A model generated the notes under the pieces. The model was not told where the DNA came from and searched no databases. It saw nothing but the letters and a program-made list of their open reading frames with translations. From the NCBI GenBank assembly GCA_905182795.1, contig CAJJCZ010000012.1:437-64436 (forward strand): DNA of 64,000 nucleotides. The letters run 5' to 3'. Shown one piece after another: positions 20,156 to 30,523 of the stretch. The first letter of the stretch is position 1. Every line of letters starts with the position of its first letter. The position numbers were made by a program, and so were the translations under genes. The stretch comes from an uncultured bacterium. GTDB lineage: Bacteria; Fidelibacterota; Marinisomatia; Marinisomatales; Marinisomataceae.

Positions 20156-21495
20156 ATTTAGATAATAAGAATATTGGCATTTTAGGGTTAGGGGTTAGTG
20201 GCTATTCAGCTGCAAAGCTGGCTAGCTCGCTTGGCGCAAATGTTTTTGTATCAGATAGCAAGTCTGATGTTAATGATTCATATATGAAGGAATTAACAAA
20301 TATGGGAGTTGATATTGAATTAGGTCTTCATTCTGAAAAAATTCTTAATTCAGATTTAATTATAAAATCTCCCGGAATACCAAATGATATTGAAATAATT
20401 CAAAGCATATTGGACAGCAAAACAGAAGTTATAAGCGAAATTGAGTTTGCTTACAGAATGTCAGATTTAAAAATTATTGCTATTACAGGCACAAATGGAA
20501 AAACTACAACGGTGACATGCTTATATGAGGTTTTAAAGAAAAAATTTAACGTTGTAAAAAGTGGAAATATTGGTACTCCATTTTCAGAAATTATTTATAA
20601 AGAAAATAAATATAAAACACTAGATACTGATTTCTGCATATTAGAATTATCAAGTTTTCAAATTGATGATATTGATACGTTTAAGCCTGATATAGCAATG
20701 ATTTTAAATATTTCACCAGATCATTTAGATAGATATGCAGATTTTTCCGATTATTCTAAATCAAAGATGAATCTTTTTAAAAATATGAAGGATAGCGACT
20801 TAATAATTTATAATCATGACGATAATGTCTTATGTGATGAAGTAGAGAAAAGAGATAAAATATTTACAGCTTACTCTTTAAATAAAAATTTTAGCATATT
20901 TTATCTAAAAGATAAAAAAATAGAATCAGTTCATAGCAAAAAAAATCTACATATAGATGAATGTGAGTTATCGGGAATCCATAATATATCTAATTTTATA
21001 GGTGTCGCTACTATTGCTTCACATCTAGGTTTAGATGATAAAGATATCTTTCAATCGTTAAAAATGTTTAAAGGGTTGCATCATAGATTTGAAATATTCA
21101 AACAAGTTGATGGTATCAAGTTTATCAATGATTCTAAAGCAACAAATATTGCTTCAGTTAAAGTTGCGATTGACTCTATAGATAGAAATATTGTATTAAT
21201 AATGGGAGGACTCCCTAAAGAATCTGATTTTTCAGAGATTATAAAATATTCTGAATCTATAAAATCTATAATTGCTTATGGGGTAGCATCCGATGATATC
21301 TATAATTCATTATCTGATTCATGTAAAGTGTTAAAGATTAAAAAATTTGAACAAGCTATCAATTCTGCAATTGATTTAGCAGAAAGAGGAGATTCTGTAT
21401 TAATGTCTCCTGGATGTTCTAGTTATGATCAGTTTAAAAATTTTGAAGAAAGAGGCAATTTTTTTAAAAGTATAGTAGAAAGGCACTATTCATGA
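20152..21495 (+). CDS. murD: UDP-N-acetylmuramoylalanine--D-glutamate ligase
   Basis: GLGVSGYS N-terminus and GTNGKTT P-loop. Start set at the ATGA overlap with the ftsI stop. Confidence 0.9.
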   Translation: MNLDNKNIGILGLGVSGYSAAKLASSLGANVFVSDSKSDVNDSYMKELTNMGVDIELGLHSEKILNSDLIIKSPGIPNDIEIIQSILDSKTEVISEIEFAYRMSDLKIIAITGTNGKTTTVTCLYEVLKKKFNVVKSGNIGTPFSEIIYKENKYKTLDTDFCILELSSFQIDDIDTFKPDIAMILNISPDHLDRYADFSDYSKSKMNLFKNMKDSDLIIYNHDDNVLCDEVEKRDKIFTAYSLNKNFSIFYLKDKKIESVHSKKNLHIDECELSGIHNISNFIGVATIASHLGLDDKDIFQSLKMFKGLHHRFEIFKQVDGIKFINDSKATNIASVKVAIDSIDRNIVLIMGGLPKESDFSEIIKYSESIKSIIAYGVASDDIYNSLSDSCKVLKIKKFEQAINSAIDLAERGDSVLMSPGCSSYDQFKNFEERGNFFKSIVERHYS

Positions 21496-22625
21496 ATATT
21501 AAAGAAAGAAAGCAAGATAGATGGTTGTTAGGAACCGTAATAGTATTAGTTATTTTTGGTTTATCAGTTCTATTCAGTGCTAGTTGGATAAAATCTCTTG
21601 AAGTAACTGATGGAGCTTCACGTATGTATTTTTTAAATAATCAATTATTAAAATTTATTCCAGGCTTACTTGTATTCTTAGTTGCATCTCATTTTAATTA
21701 TAGAAAACTACAATACTTATCTCCAGTATTAATGATAGGTTCATTTTTATTATTAATATATACACAAGTACAAGGATGTAATGGAGACTCTTGTAGATGG
21801 CTGTCTGTTGGACCAATCTCTTTTCAGACATCTGACTTAGCCAGATTCTCAGTAATTTTATTTTTAGCTGATTATATAGATAGAAATTATAAATATATGC
21901 ATGAATTTGTTAAGGGAATTCTAATACCATTATGTTGGATTCTACCTATTTGTTTAATGATTATTATTCAGCCTGATAACTCTACCACTTTAATTCTGAT
22001 GACTATTGTATTTACCTTACTATTTATTGGAGGCGTATCATTACCTCAGATAGGAACTGTAGGCGTATTGTCTGTGGGAGCAATTTTAATTGCTATAGTA
22101 AATAGTAAAAATTATGCATTAAGTAGAATAGTATCATTTCTTGACCCTAGTTCTTCGGGTAGTGTAGGATATCAGTCTAGTCAGGCATTGATTGGATTGA
22201 GACAAGGAGGTATTTCAGGAATGGGTATTGGAGACAGTATACAAAAACATTCTTACCTACCAGAGACTCATACTGATTTTATTTTTGCTATTATCGGAGA
22301 AGAATTAGGTTTTATAGTAGGATTTATAGTAATGCTGGCTTATGGAATAATTCTATTTAGGGCTATTCAAATTTCTAAAAAATCAAATGATATTTTTGGT
22401 ATTATTCTCTCTATTGGCTTTGGACTAAGTATTACATTTTATGCATTAATAAATATTGGTGTAGTCATAGGTATTATACCAGTTACGGGTGTTCCGCTAC
22501 CATTTATTAGCTATGGAGGCTCTTCATTAATTATCAATCTATTAATGGTAGCAATTCTACTAAATATCAGTAAAGCACAGAGAAAATTTAAAGTTAAAAA
22601 ATGGAGACTCCGAGTTGATGGATAA
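21492..22625 (+). CDS. ftsW: SEDS-family peptidoglycan glycosyltransferase FtsW
   Basis: Polytopic membrane protein with PETHTDFIF and a conserved SEDS C-terminus; dcw context. Confidence 0.9.
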   Translation: MNIKERKQDRWLLGTVIVLVIFGLSVLFSASWIKSLEVTDGASRMYFLNNQLLKFIPGLLVFLVASHFNYRKLQYLSPVLMIGSFLLLIYTQVQGCNGDSCRWLSVGPISFQTSDLARFSVILFLADYIDRNYKYMHEFVKGILIPLCWILPICLMIIIQPDNSTTLILMTIVFTLLFIGGVSLPQIGTVGVLSVGAILIAIVNSKNYALSRIVSFLDPSSSGSVGYQSSQALIGLRQGGISGMGIGDSIQKHSYLPETHTDFIFAIIGEELGFIVGFIVMLAYGIILFRAIQISKKSNDIFGIILSIGFGLSITFYALINIGVVIGIIPVTGVPLPFISYGGSSLIINLLMVAILLNISKAQRKFKVKKWRLRVDG

Positions 22626-23703
22626 ACATAGAATTATCTTTTGTGGGGGAGGAACTGGAGGACATTATTATCCATTAATGGCTATTAAGAATGAGCTTAG
22701 AAAAAAAACAGAAAACCAAAATCTATACTATATTGGTTCAAAATATGGAATTGAATCCAAAAAGATTTATTCAGAAGATATTAAGAGTTTGCTCATTCCG
22801 ATTAGAGGTTTTAATAGATCTCTTTCATTCTATGCAATAGCAAGAAATTTCTTCTTATTATTTGAATTATTTTTTGGTTTAATTAGAGTGAGTTTTTTCT
22901 TTATAAAAAATAGACCAAATTTAGTAATTGCAACAGGTGGATATGCCTCATTTATACCTCTTCAGATAGCCAAAATATTTAAAGTGCCATATTTTCTTCA
23001 TGAACAAAATTCATTTCCAGGATTAGTAACTAGAATATTTGGATCGAGTGCAAAAAAAGTATTTCTTGGTTTTGAGAATGCGAAGATCTATTTAAAAAAT
23101 AGCGATACTATAGTTACAGGAAATCCAATTTATAACCATAATCGTAAAGACATGTCTCTATCTTTAAATAAAGATAAAAAAACTTTATTGGTATTGGGCG
23201 GCAGTCAAGGTTCAGTATTTTTAAACAAAATTATTTCAGAATCTATTGATAGTAATATGTTAGATAAGATTAACATTCTTTGGATTGTAGGTGTTAATAA
23301 TTATAAAAAGTATAAACATTATAATACTGAATCAATTAAGGTCCTTTCTTTCGTTGATAATATGCCCTATCTATACAGTTTATGCGATTTGATAGTTTCA
23401 AGATCTGGGGCTATGACAGTATCTGAAATATTAGAGTTTAAGAAACCTTCAATTCTTATTCCCTTCAAGTTTTCAGCAGAGAATCATCAAGTCTTTAATG
23501 CTAAATATTTAGAAGAAAATTTTGCAGCATTATTAATTCAAGAAAAAGATATATCCACATCTTTATTGTCAAAAAAAATCAATGAAATATGTGAAAATGA
23601 TAGAATATATCAGTCAATGAAAGAAAATGTTGAAAAAATAAATAATCCCGATTCAATCAATATTATAAGTACTACGATTCTGGAGCATGTATATGCTATC
23701 TAG
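22615..23703 (+). CDS. murG: Lipid II synthase (UDP-GlcNAc transferase)
   Basis: GGGTGGHYYP N-terminus and GGSQGS motif. Confidence 0.9.
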   Translation: MMDKHRIIFCGGGTGGHYYPLMAIKNELRKKTENQNLYYIGSKYGIESKKIYSEDIKSLLIPIRGFNRSLSFYAIARNFFLLFELFFGLIRVSFFFIKNRPNLVIATGGYASFIPLQIAKIFKVPYFLHEQNSFPGLVTRIFGSSAKKVFLGFENAKIYLKNSDTIVTGNPIYNHNRKDMSLSLNKDKKTLLVLGGSQGSVFLNKIISESIDSNMLDKINILWIVGVNNYKKYKHYNTESIKVLSFVDNMPYLYSLCDLIVSRSGAMTVSEILEFKKPSILIPFKFSAENHQVFNAKYLEENFAALLIQEKDISTSLLSKKINEICENDRIYQSMKENVEKINNPDSINIISTTILEHVYAI

Positions 23704-25060
23704 TATAAAAAGAATTCATTTTATTGGCATAGGCGGCATTGGGATGAGTGGAATTGCAGAACTACTACATAATCAAGATTTTACAATTACTGGTTCAGAT
23801 TTATCTGAATCACCTAATGTTGATAGGCTTAGAGAATTAGATATTTTTATATCAATTGGGCATGATAAAAAAAATATAGCAACAACTGAAATTGTAGTCT
23901 ATTCAGATGCTATTCCTGATAACAATGTTGAATTGATTGAAGCAAAAGATAGAAATATTAAGTGTTATTCTAGGGCAAAAATGATATCACAACTTGCAAA
24001 GTTGAAAAGTTCTACAGTAGGCATTTCTGGAACACATGGAAAGACGACCACAACCTCTATGATTGGTTCAATATTAAAGGACTCTAATTTAGATCCCACT
24101 ATCATTGTAGGTGGTGTAGTTAAATCAATAAATACTAATTCTATCTTAGGTTCTGGAGATACATTTGTAGTAGAAGCAGATGAATTTAATAGAAGCTTTC
24201 TGGAGCTTTCTCCTACTATAGCAGTGATTAATAATATTGATCTTGAACATATTGATTGTTATGATAGTTTAGAGGATTTAAAAGACGCCTTTATTCAATT
24301 TGCTAACTCAGTACCTTTTTATGGAATGGTTAGTATTTGTAGAGATTCCGAGAATGCTGCATCTATTATACCATTAATTGACAAGCCGATTGTTACTTAT
24401 GGCATAGAATCTGATAATGTTGATTTTAAAGCTATAAATATTATTCATGATAATGGAACCGTTGCATTTGACGTCATTCATCAAAACAAGAATTATTCAT
24501 TCTCAATGATCATCCCAGGTTCATATAATATTTTAAATGCTTTAGCAGCTATATCTGTTTGTAAAACTATGGGTTTATCAATAGAAAAAATTAGTAAAAG
24601 TTTGAAAAATTTTTCAGGCGTAAAGAGAAGATTTGATATTAAGATTCATAACAAAAACTTAACTATTATTGATGATTATGCTCATCATCCAGTAGAAGTA
24701 CTGAGTGTTATTAAAGCAGTTAAAAGTAATTGGGATAGAAGATTACTTGTTGTTTTTCAGCCGCATCTTTACTCTAGAACTAAAGAATTTTATAAAGATT
24801 TTGCAGAATCTCTTTTAAGTGCTGATATTGTTTTTATTACTGAAATTTTTGCCTCAAGAGAGAAGCTAGATACTTCTATCAGTTCTAAACATATTAGTAA
24901 TCATCTTAAAAAATTGAAGCATAAAAATGTGCTTGATACTACTACAGATTCTTTAATTGAAGATATCAAAAGTCATTATAATGAAGGTGACATCATTTTG
25001 ACTGTTGGAGCTGGTAATATTTGGAGATATGCAGATAAATTAACTGAGAATATGCAATGA
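23687..25060 (+). CDS. murC: UDP-N-acetylmuramate--L-alanine ligase
   Basis: IHFIGIGGIGMSG and GTHGKTTT motifs. Confidence 0.9.
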   Translation: MYMLSSIKRIHFIGIGGIGMSGIAELLHNQDFTITGSDLSESPNVDRLRELDIFISIGHDKKNIATTEIVVYSDAIPDNNVELIEAKDRNIKCYSRAKMISQLAKLKSSTVGISGTHGKTTTTSMIGSILKDSNLDPTIIVGGVVKSINTNSILGSGDTFVVEADEFNRSFLELSPTIAVINNIDLEHIDCYDSLEDLKDAFIQFANSVPFYGMVSICRDSENAASIIPLIDKPIVTYGIESDNVDFKAINIIHDNGTVAFDVIHQNKNYSFSMIIPGSYNILNALAAISVCKTMGLSIEKISKSLKNFSGVKRRFDIKIHNKNLTIIDDYAHHPVEVLSVIKAVKSNWDRRLLVVFQPHLYSRTKEFYKDFAESLLSADIVFITEIFASREKLDTSISSKHISNHLKKLKHKNVLDTTTDSLIEDIKSHYNEGDIILTVGAGNIWRYADKLTENMQ

Positions 25061-25986
25061 TTGATATACTAAGAAAAGAGATTCTAGATACAACGAATGC
25101 AACTATTTCTGTTGATGAGCCAATGAAGAAGCATACCACATATGGTATTGGAGGTCCAGCAGAATTATTTATTTTGCCATCAGATAAGAAAGATCTCATC
25201 AATATTGTTCGACTAAGCAAAAAGCATAATCAGTCAGTGACTATTATAGGCTCAGGATCAAATTTATTAATAAGTGACAATGGTATTAAGGGTGTTGTTA
25301 TATCTATTAAGCATTGCTTGAGAACAATTGATATTGATATAGATAAGATTTATGTAGAATGTGGGATTATGTTGGGTAAGATAGTAAAAGAGTCCATGAA
25401 ACATGATTTGAAAGGACTAGAGAACCTTATTGGAGTTCCAGGAACGCTTGGTGGTGCATTAATGATGAACGCAGGTGCTTGGGGCGGAGAAATTTCTGAA
25501 AATTTAGAAAGTGTAGAATTATTAAATAATAAAAATGAAATTGAAATATTATCTAAGTCAGATATAGATTTTTCCTATAGATCATCATCTTTTGACAATG
25601 ATACAATTTTATTATCAGCAATATTTAAGCTAAAGAAATCAGAGAAAAAAATAATTCAAGATAATTTTGATCTAGCAAAATCAGGAAGAAAAAATACGCA
25701 GCCATTAAATTATCGCTCTGCTGGTAGTGTATTTAAAAATCCTTCTAGCGAACATTCTGCTGGTATGTTAATAGATCAATCAGGATTAAAAGGATCTTCA
25801 ATAGGGGATGCTAAAATTTCTAATAAACATGCTAACTTTTTTGTCAATGAAGGAAATGCAAAAGCTGATGACATGATATCTCTTATTAAAAAAGCAAAGA
25901 ATACTGTAAAAGATAAATTTAATATCCAATTAGATTTAGAAGTCAGATTATTAGGTTTTAACTCTGAAGAGATTAATGAATTATGA
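25057..25986 (+). CDS. murB: UDP-N-acetylenolpyruvoylglucosamine reductase
   Basis: FAD-binding GSGSNLL and AGSVFKNP motifs. Confidence 0.9.
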   Translation: MIDILRKEILDTTNATISVDEPMKKHTTYGIGGPAELFILPSDKKDLINIVRLSKKHNQSVTIIGSGSNLLISDNGIKGVVISIKHCLRTIDIDIDKIYVECGIMLGKIVKESMKHDLKGLENLIGVPGTLGGALMMNAGAWGGEISENLESVELLNNKNEIEILSKSDIDFSYRSSSFDNDTILLSAIFKLKKSEKKIIQDNFDLAKSGRKNTQPLNYRSAGSVFKNPSSEHSAGMLIDQSGLKGSSIGDAKISNKHANFFVNEGNAKADDMISLIKKAKNTVKDKFNIQLDLEVRLLGFNSEEINEL

Positions 25987-26735
25987 ATAAAAATTTCATA
26001 AAGATTTTTGATTCTATTAGTCAACCATTGTTATGTCTATTTCTTGTAGCGTTATCTATTTTTGGTTCTATTAAATGGGCCCAATTCAATGAGATGTTTA
26101 TTGTAAAAAATGTAAGAATTGAAGGCATAAATTATTTTGATGATACTATGTTAGTAGAGTATAAGGCAAGTATAAAAAATCAAAATATTTTCTTTTCAGA
26201 TTTAAGAGATTATAAAAAGAACATAGAGTCATTAGATCATATAAAAGGTTGTAAAATATCACGAGTATTTCCTAAAACTGTAAAAATAGAAGTTTATGAA
26301 AGAGAGCCATTAGCTATGATTAGCTCTAATGATTTAATTATTCTTGATGCTGAGGGAATATGTTTGCCTGTTGAGTATTGTGAGATTTCATTACCTATAT
26401 TATCAAATTTTAAGAATAATCAAGAGCTATACGAAAAAGGCAAGAAAACTAAATCGTCTAACGTTTTGAAGTCTATTGAAGTTATTAAATACTCAAAAGA
26501 TACCTTCGATTCATTATATAATAATATTTCAGAATTTGTTTTTAATGAAGATAGTGAATATGAGATTATTTTAAAAAACGGAAGAACAAAAATTTTATTG
26601 GGCTCTAGTAATATTTTTGCAAAAATAGATTATTTAAATGCATTTGCAAATATATTGCCAGAAGAAAAAACATTAGAGAGTTATAGATATATAGATTTAA
26701 GGTATAAGAGACAAATAGTGGTGGATGAAATATAA
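25983..26735 (+). CDS. ftsQ: Cell division protein FtsQ
   Basis: N-terminal TM helix and POTRA-like segment; position between murB and ftsA. Confidence 0.75.
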   Translation: MNKNFIKIFDSISQPLLCLFLVALSIFGSIKWAQFNEMFIVKNVRIEGINYFDDTMLVEYKASIKNQNIFFSDLRDYKKNIESLDHIKGCKISRVFPKTVKIEVYEREPLAMISSNDLIILDAEGICLPVEYCEISLPILSNFKNNQELYEKGKKTKSSNVLKSIEVIKYSKDTFDSLYNNISEFVFNEDSEYEIILKNGRTKILLGSSNIFAKIDYLNAFANILPEEKTLESYRYIDLRYKRQIVVDEI

Positions 26736-27976
26736 TGAAGAATAGAATACAGGTAGCTTTTGACTTAGGATCTTTTAGTATTAAAGGAGCTGTTGGAAGA
26801 ATTATAAACGACGATCAAATAGAGATTTTATCTATTCAATCTATACAAACAGATAGTATCAATAATGGAGATATTGTAGATAAAGAAGTATTACTTCGTG
26901 GTTTAGAATATTTAATCGAAAAAATGGAAAAAGATGCAAAAATTAATATCGATGATGATGCATGGGTTTCAGTATCTGGAAAAAATATAAAATCAATCAA
27001 TTCATCGACTCGTATTAGATCAAAAGATAATTCTGAATTTGAAATTAATAATGGTACAAAACAAAAATTACTAACACAATGTTCTGATATTCAAGTTTCT
27101 TCCGATAGATATGTTTTACATAATCTTGAAAGAGGATTTTTTATAGACGGTTCATCTCTCATACGTAATCCTTTGGGAATGATAGGTAGGTCTATCGATG
27201 CAAAATCACACGTCATTCATATTAAAAATTTTAATCTATCACAAATCAATCATTGCTTTAGCGATGATTTGAGCATCGAAGTTAATCCTGTATTTGATGG
27301 GTTGGCAGCATCCCTAGCAAATCTGAATAAGGATGACCAAAATTTAGGTGTTATGTTCATAGATGTAGGTGCAGATAAGACAAATATGTTGCTGTATAAA
27401 GATAATTATCTAATTCACTCTAAAGTAATTCCGCTAGGTTCAAAATCTGTTACAAAAGATATAGCTGCTTATCTTCAAACATCTATAAAGCAGGCAGAAA
27501 AAATTAAACATGAACATGTTTCTGCACTATCAGATTTTGCAGACGCTGAATCCAATTTTGAATTATCTATAGAAAACGATGATTTAACAAAGAGTATAAA
27601 CAAGCAAGAAATATCAAAAATTGCTGAATTGAGATATGAAGATATTATAGATGAAATAAAATCTGAAATGAAATTATTACGTATTGATATTGATGATATA
27701 AGGTCAGGTATCAAGATTACAGGTGGTGGGTCTAATGTCAAAAATTTAGATTTATTATTTAAAAAACATTTTGAAAATACAAAATGTGAATATTTACCAA
27801 TAAGCAATACTGTATTTAAAGAGAATCTAGAAGACAGGAGAGAGCTTTCTACTTTAATTGGTCTTTTATCATGGCCAATATTTAATGTTGAAGATAGTAG
27901 TCCAACTGTTGGAATTAAAAATTTTGAATCAATTACAAAGAGCATTTCCAGTGTATGGAAAGGGTTTTTTGAGTAA
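26735..27976 (+). CDS. ftsA: Cell division protein FtsA
   Basis: Actin-like ATPase pattern (FDLGSFSIKG, IDVGADKTN, ITGGGSN), immediately upstream of ftsZ. Confidence 0.85.
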   Translation: MKNRIQVAFDLGSFSIKGAVGRIINDDQIEILSIQSIQTDSINNGDIVDKEVLLRGLEYLIEKMEKDAKINIDDDAWVSVSGKNIKSINSSTRIRSKDNSEFEINNGTKQKLLTQCSDIQVSSDRYVLHNLERGFFIDGSSLIRNPLGMIGRSIDAKSHVIHIKNFNLSQINHCFSDDLSIEVNPVFDGLAASLANLNKDDQNLGVMFIDVGADKTNMLLYKDNYLIHSKVIPLGSKSVTKDIAAYLQTSIKQAEKIKHEHVSALSDFADAESNFELSIENDDLTKSINKQEISKIAELRYEDIIDEIKSEMKLLRIDIDDIRSGIKITGGGSNVKNLDLLFKKHFENTKCEYLPISNTVFKENLEDRRELSTLIGLLSWPIFNVEDSSPTVGIKNFESITKSISSVWKGFFE

Positions 27977-27999
27977 AAAAATATAAAAAGGAGATTAAT

Positions 28000-29202
28000 A
28001 TGTTATTTGAATTTGATGAGTTAGCAAGCCAAAGGGCGAGGATTAAGGTTTTAGGAGTTGGAGGCGCTGGAGGTAATGCAATAAACAGAATGATCACTTC
28101 GGGTATGGATGGAGTAGAATTTATTGCTATCAATACTGATGCTCAAGACTTAGGAAGTAATCCAGCAGAAACTAAGCTGCAGATTGGTAAAGACTTAACT
28201 AAAGGATTAGGTGCGGGAGCAAAGCCAGATATTGGACGTAAAGCAATTATGCACGATAAAGACGCATTAAAATCGTTAGTAGCTGGATCTGATTTGGTTT
28301 TTGTTACAGCTGGAATGGGCGGTGGTACAGGTACCGGTGCAGCTCCAGTAGTAGCTAAAGTTTGTAAAGATCTAGGCATATTGACAGTTTGCATTGTTAC
28401 TCTGCCATTTGAATTTGAGGGTTCGAAGAAAATGGACTCAGCGCTTAAAGGTGTCGCTTCAATGAGAAATTTTTGTGATACTTTAATTGTAGTGCCAAAT
28501 GAGAAGTTAATATCTGTAGTTGACAATGCTACAACGTTTGAAGATGGATTTAAAGAATCTGATGCTATCTTGCTGCAAGCTGCTAAGAGTATATCTGATT
28601 TAATTAATAAAAAAGGAAATGTAAATATTGATTTTGCTGATGTTAAGTCAGTTATGAGTGGTATGGGAGATGCAGTTATAGGCACAGGAACTGCAAGAGG
28701 AGAAGAAAGAGCTGTTTTAGCTGCTCAACAAGCTATTTGTAGTCCTTTGTTAGATTCACATTCGATTAGTGGAGCTCAAGCAGTTTTAGTTAATATAACT
28801 GGAAATAAAAAAATGACTTTAATGGAAGTCAATGTTGCTATGAAACTTATTCATGAAGAGGCTGGTAAAAATGTAGATGTGATTTTTGGAGCTCGTGTTG
28901 ATGAAAATATGGAAGATGAACTCCAAGTTACTGTTATTGCAACCGGTTTTAATCGTCAGCCTATTGAACAAAAAGAAATGTTCAAAGAAAGAGTATCGCA
29001 TAGCTCCGATAGAAAAAGTGAAGAGCTTATGGATACTCGAAATACAACATTATATCAAAAAAATAATCCACAAGAAGGATTTGAATTTGATGATTCTATA
29101 AAAGATGAAGATAATGGAAATGATGGACCTACTCTAGTATTTGATGATTTTGATCAAAGTCAAGATTTAGAGGTCCCTGCTTATATAAGAAAACAAAGAT
29201 AA
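28000..29202 (+). CDS. ftsZ: Cell division GTPase FtsZ
   Basis: GVGGAGGNA, NTDAQDL and the GGGTGTGAAP tubulin signature. Conserved C-terminal peptide DLEVPAYIRK. GGAG Shine-Dalgarno upstream. Confidence 0.97.
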   Translation: MLFEFDELASQRARIKVLGVGGAGGNAINRMITSGMDGVEFIAINTDAQDLGSNPAETKLQIGKDLTKGLGAGAKPDIGRKAIMHDKDALKSLVAGSDLVFVTAGMGGGTGTGAAPVVAKVCKDLGILTVCIVTLPFEFEGSKKMDSALKGVASMRNFCDTLIVVPNEKLISVVDNATTFEDGFKESDAILLQAAKSISDLINKKGNVNIDFADVKSVMSGMGDAVIGTGTARGEERAVLAAQQAICSPLLDSHSISGAQAVLVNITGNKKMTLMEVNVAMKLIHEEAGKNVDVIFGARVDENMEDELQVTVIATGFNRQPIEQKEMFKERVSHSSDRKSEELMDTRNTTLYQKNNPQEGFEFDDSIKDEDNGNDGPTLVFDDFDQSQDLEVPAYIRKQR

Positions 29203-29229
29203 TTTTGGTTGGCTACCAATAAACGAGAT

Positions 29230-29259
29230 GGCTCCCAACTAATCCTTAGTTTGGGAGCC
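29230..29259 (+). terminator. Hairpin downstream of ftsZ (weak terminator candidate)
   Basis: GGCTCCCAA (29230-29238) pairs with TTGGGAGCC (29251-29259). No clear T-tract follows. Confidence 0.35.
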
Positions 29260-29305
29260 TCTTAAACTCTTTGCTATATTTGTTTTCATCTATAAATTGT
29301 AGGCT

Positions 29306-29623
29306 ATGAATAAATTTTGGAAAGATTTAAAAAATAATGTTTCTGAATGGAGTGTAGTTGCTTCAGAAAAAGCAGAAGAGTTTACTCACAACAGTAAGTT
29401 GCGTATAGATATCCTCCAGTTAGAAAGAAAACTATCCAGCCTATATGTGAAGCTAGGATTGTATGTCTTTGTTAAAACTCAAGAAAAAAATGTACTTAAT
29501 TTCGTTGGAGATAAACGTTATTTGGGCTTAATTGAAGATATTGTAAAGATAAAAAAAAGAATTTCAGACAAAAAAGAATCTATGCATCATGACAGCAAAG
29601 AAGAAAAGAAGGAAAGTGAATAG
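29306..29623 (+). CDS. Hypothetical 105-aa coiled-coil protein
   Basis: ORF with a heptad-like central region and a Lys/Glu-rich tail, 3 nt upstream of the M23 peptidase gene. No family recognised. Confidence 0.5.
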   Translation: MNKFWKDLKNNVSEWSVVASEKAEEFTHNSKLRIDILQLERKLSSLYVKLGLYVFVKTQEKNVLNFVGDKRYLGLIEDIVKIKKRISDKKESMHHDSKEEKKESE

Positions 29624-29626
29624 ACT

Positions 29627-30523
29627 ATGATAAAGAAAAAGTTTTTTTCATTTCAATACTTATCATCTGAAAGATTACATCAAATCAATTTTTCAGTATT
29701 TAATATTTTTGCTAGCGTTGCATTTATTTTAGTATTCTTTATCGGTATTAATTATTACTTATCAGTAGAATTTTCTAATCAATACTATCAAGATAGATTG
29801 CAAGAAACGGATGAAAAATATGCAAATGTATCTGAAGAACTTCTAAATAAGATAACTGAACTTGAAAAAGAATTATTGTTGATAGAGGAGAGAGATAAAG
29901 AGCTTAGAACTTATGCTGCAATTCCACCTCTTAGTGAAGATGTTAAGATTCAAGGTACGGGAGGTTCAGTAGAAGAAGTTTCTGTAGAAGATAAAACCCC
30001 TACCAGTATTTTATTTCAGCTTAAAGATAAAATTGATTCCTTATCATATACTGTAAATCTTCAAAAGGATAGCTATAACACTATTTTTAATAAAATTAAA
30101 TCAAATGAAAAGATGTATTCACATGTTCCATCTATCAGTCCCGTAAATGCATATCTGGGATCTGGATATGGCTATAGAACAGATCCAATAGATGGAAAAA
30201 GAAGGATGCATCGTGGATTAGACTTTGCTGTCAATCTAAATACGGATGTAGTAGCAACAGGAGATGGTGTTGTTAAAAAAGCTCAATATGATTCTGGTTG
30301 GGGTAGATATGTTAAAATTGATCATGGCTATGGCTATGAAACAATTTATGCCCATTTATATAAGATAAAAGTAAAGAAGGGTCAAAAAATTAAAAGAGGA
30401 GAGCTAGTTGGAAAGTCTGGTAATAGCGGAAGAGCAGCTGGTTTTCATTTACATTATGAAGTTCATAAAAATAAAAAAGTAGAAGATCCTGCGAAGTATT
30501 TTTTTACAGGATATATAAAGTAG
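29627..30523 (+). CDS. M23/LytM-family peptidase with N-terminal TM helix and coiled coil (EnvC/NlpD-like architecture)
   Basis: Catalytic motifs HRGLDFAV and FHLHYEV. Confidence 0.85.
   Translation: MIKKKFFSFQYLSSERLHQINFSVFNIFASVAFILVFFIGINYYLSVEFSNQYYQDRLQETDEKYANVSEELLNKITELEKELLLIEERDKELRTYAAIPPLSEDVKIQGTGGSVEEVSVEDKTPTSILFQLKDKIDSLSYTVNLQKDSYNTIFNKIKSNEKMYSHVPSISPVNAYLGSGYGYRTDPIDGKRRMHRGLDFAVNLNTDVVATGDGVVKKAQYDSGWGRYVKIDHGYGYETIYAHLYKIKVKKGQKIKRGELVGKSGNSGRAAGFHLHYEVHKNKKVEDPAKYFFTGYIK

Noticed and set aside
28143-28685. 180-aa ORF antisense to ftsZ, plus similar long antisense or alternate-frame ORFs: 57046-57627, 27475-27945, 39102-39533, 13361-13780, 7013-7450, 59665-60024, 46117-46440, 44584-44847 and 3287-3532.
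   Set aside because: Each lies entirely inside a confidently identified conserved gene. Their products are low-complexity (Ser/Pro/Ile/Thr-rich) with no recognisable motifs. They are shadow ORFs of the kind expected opposite codon-biased genes.
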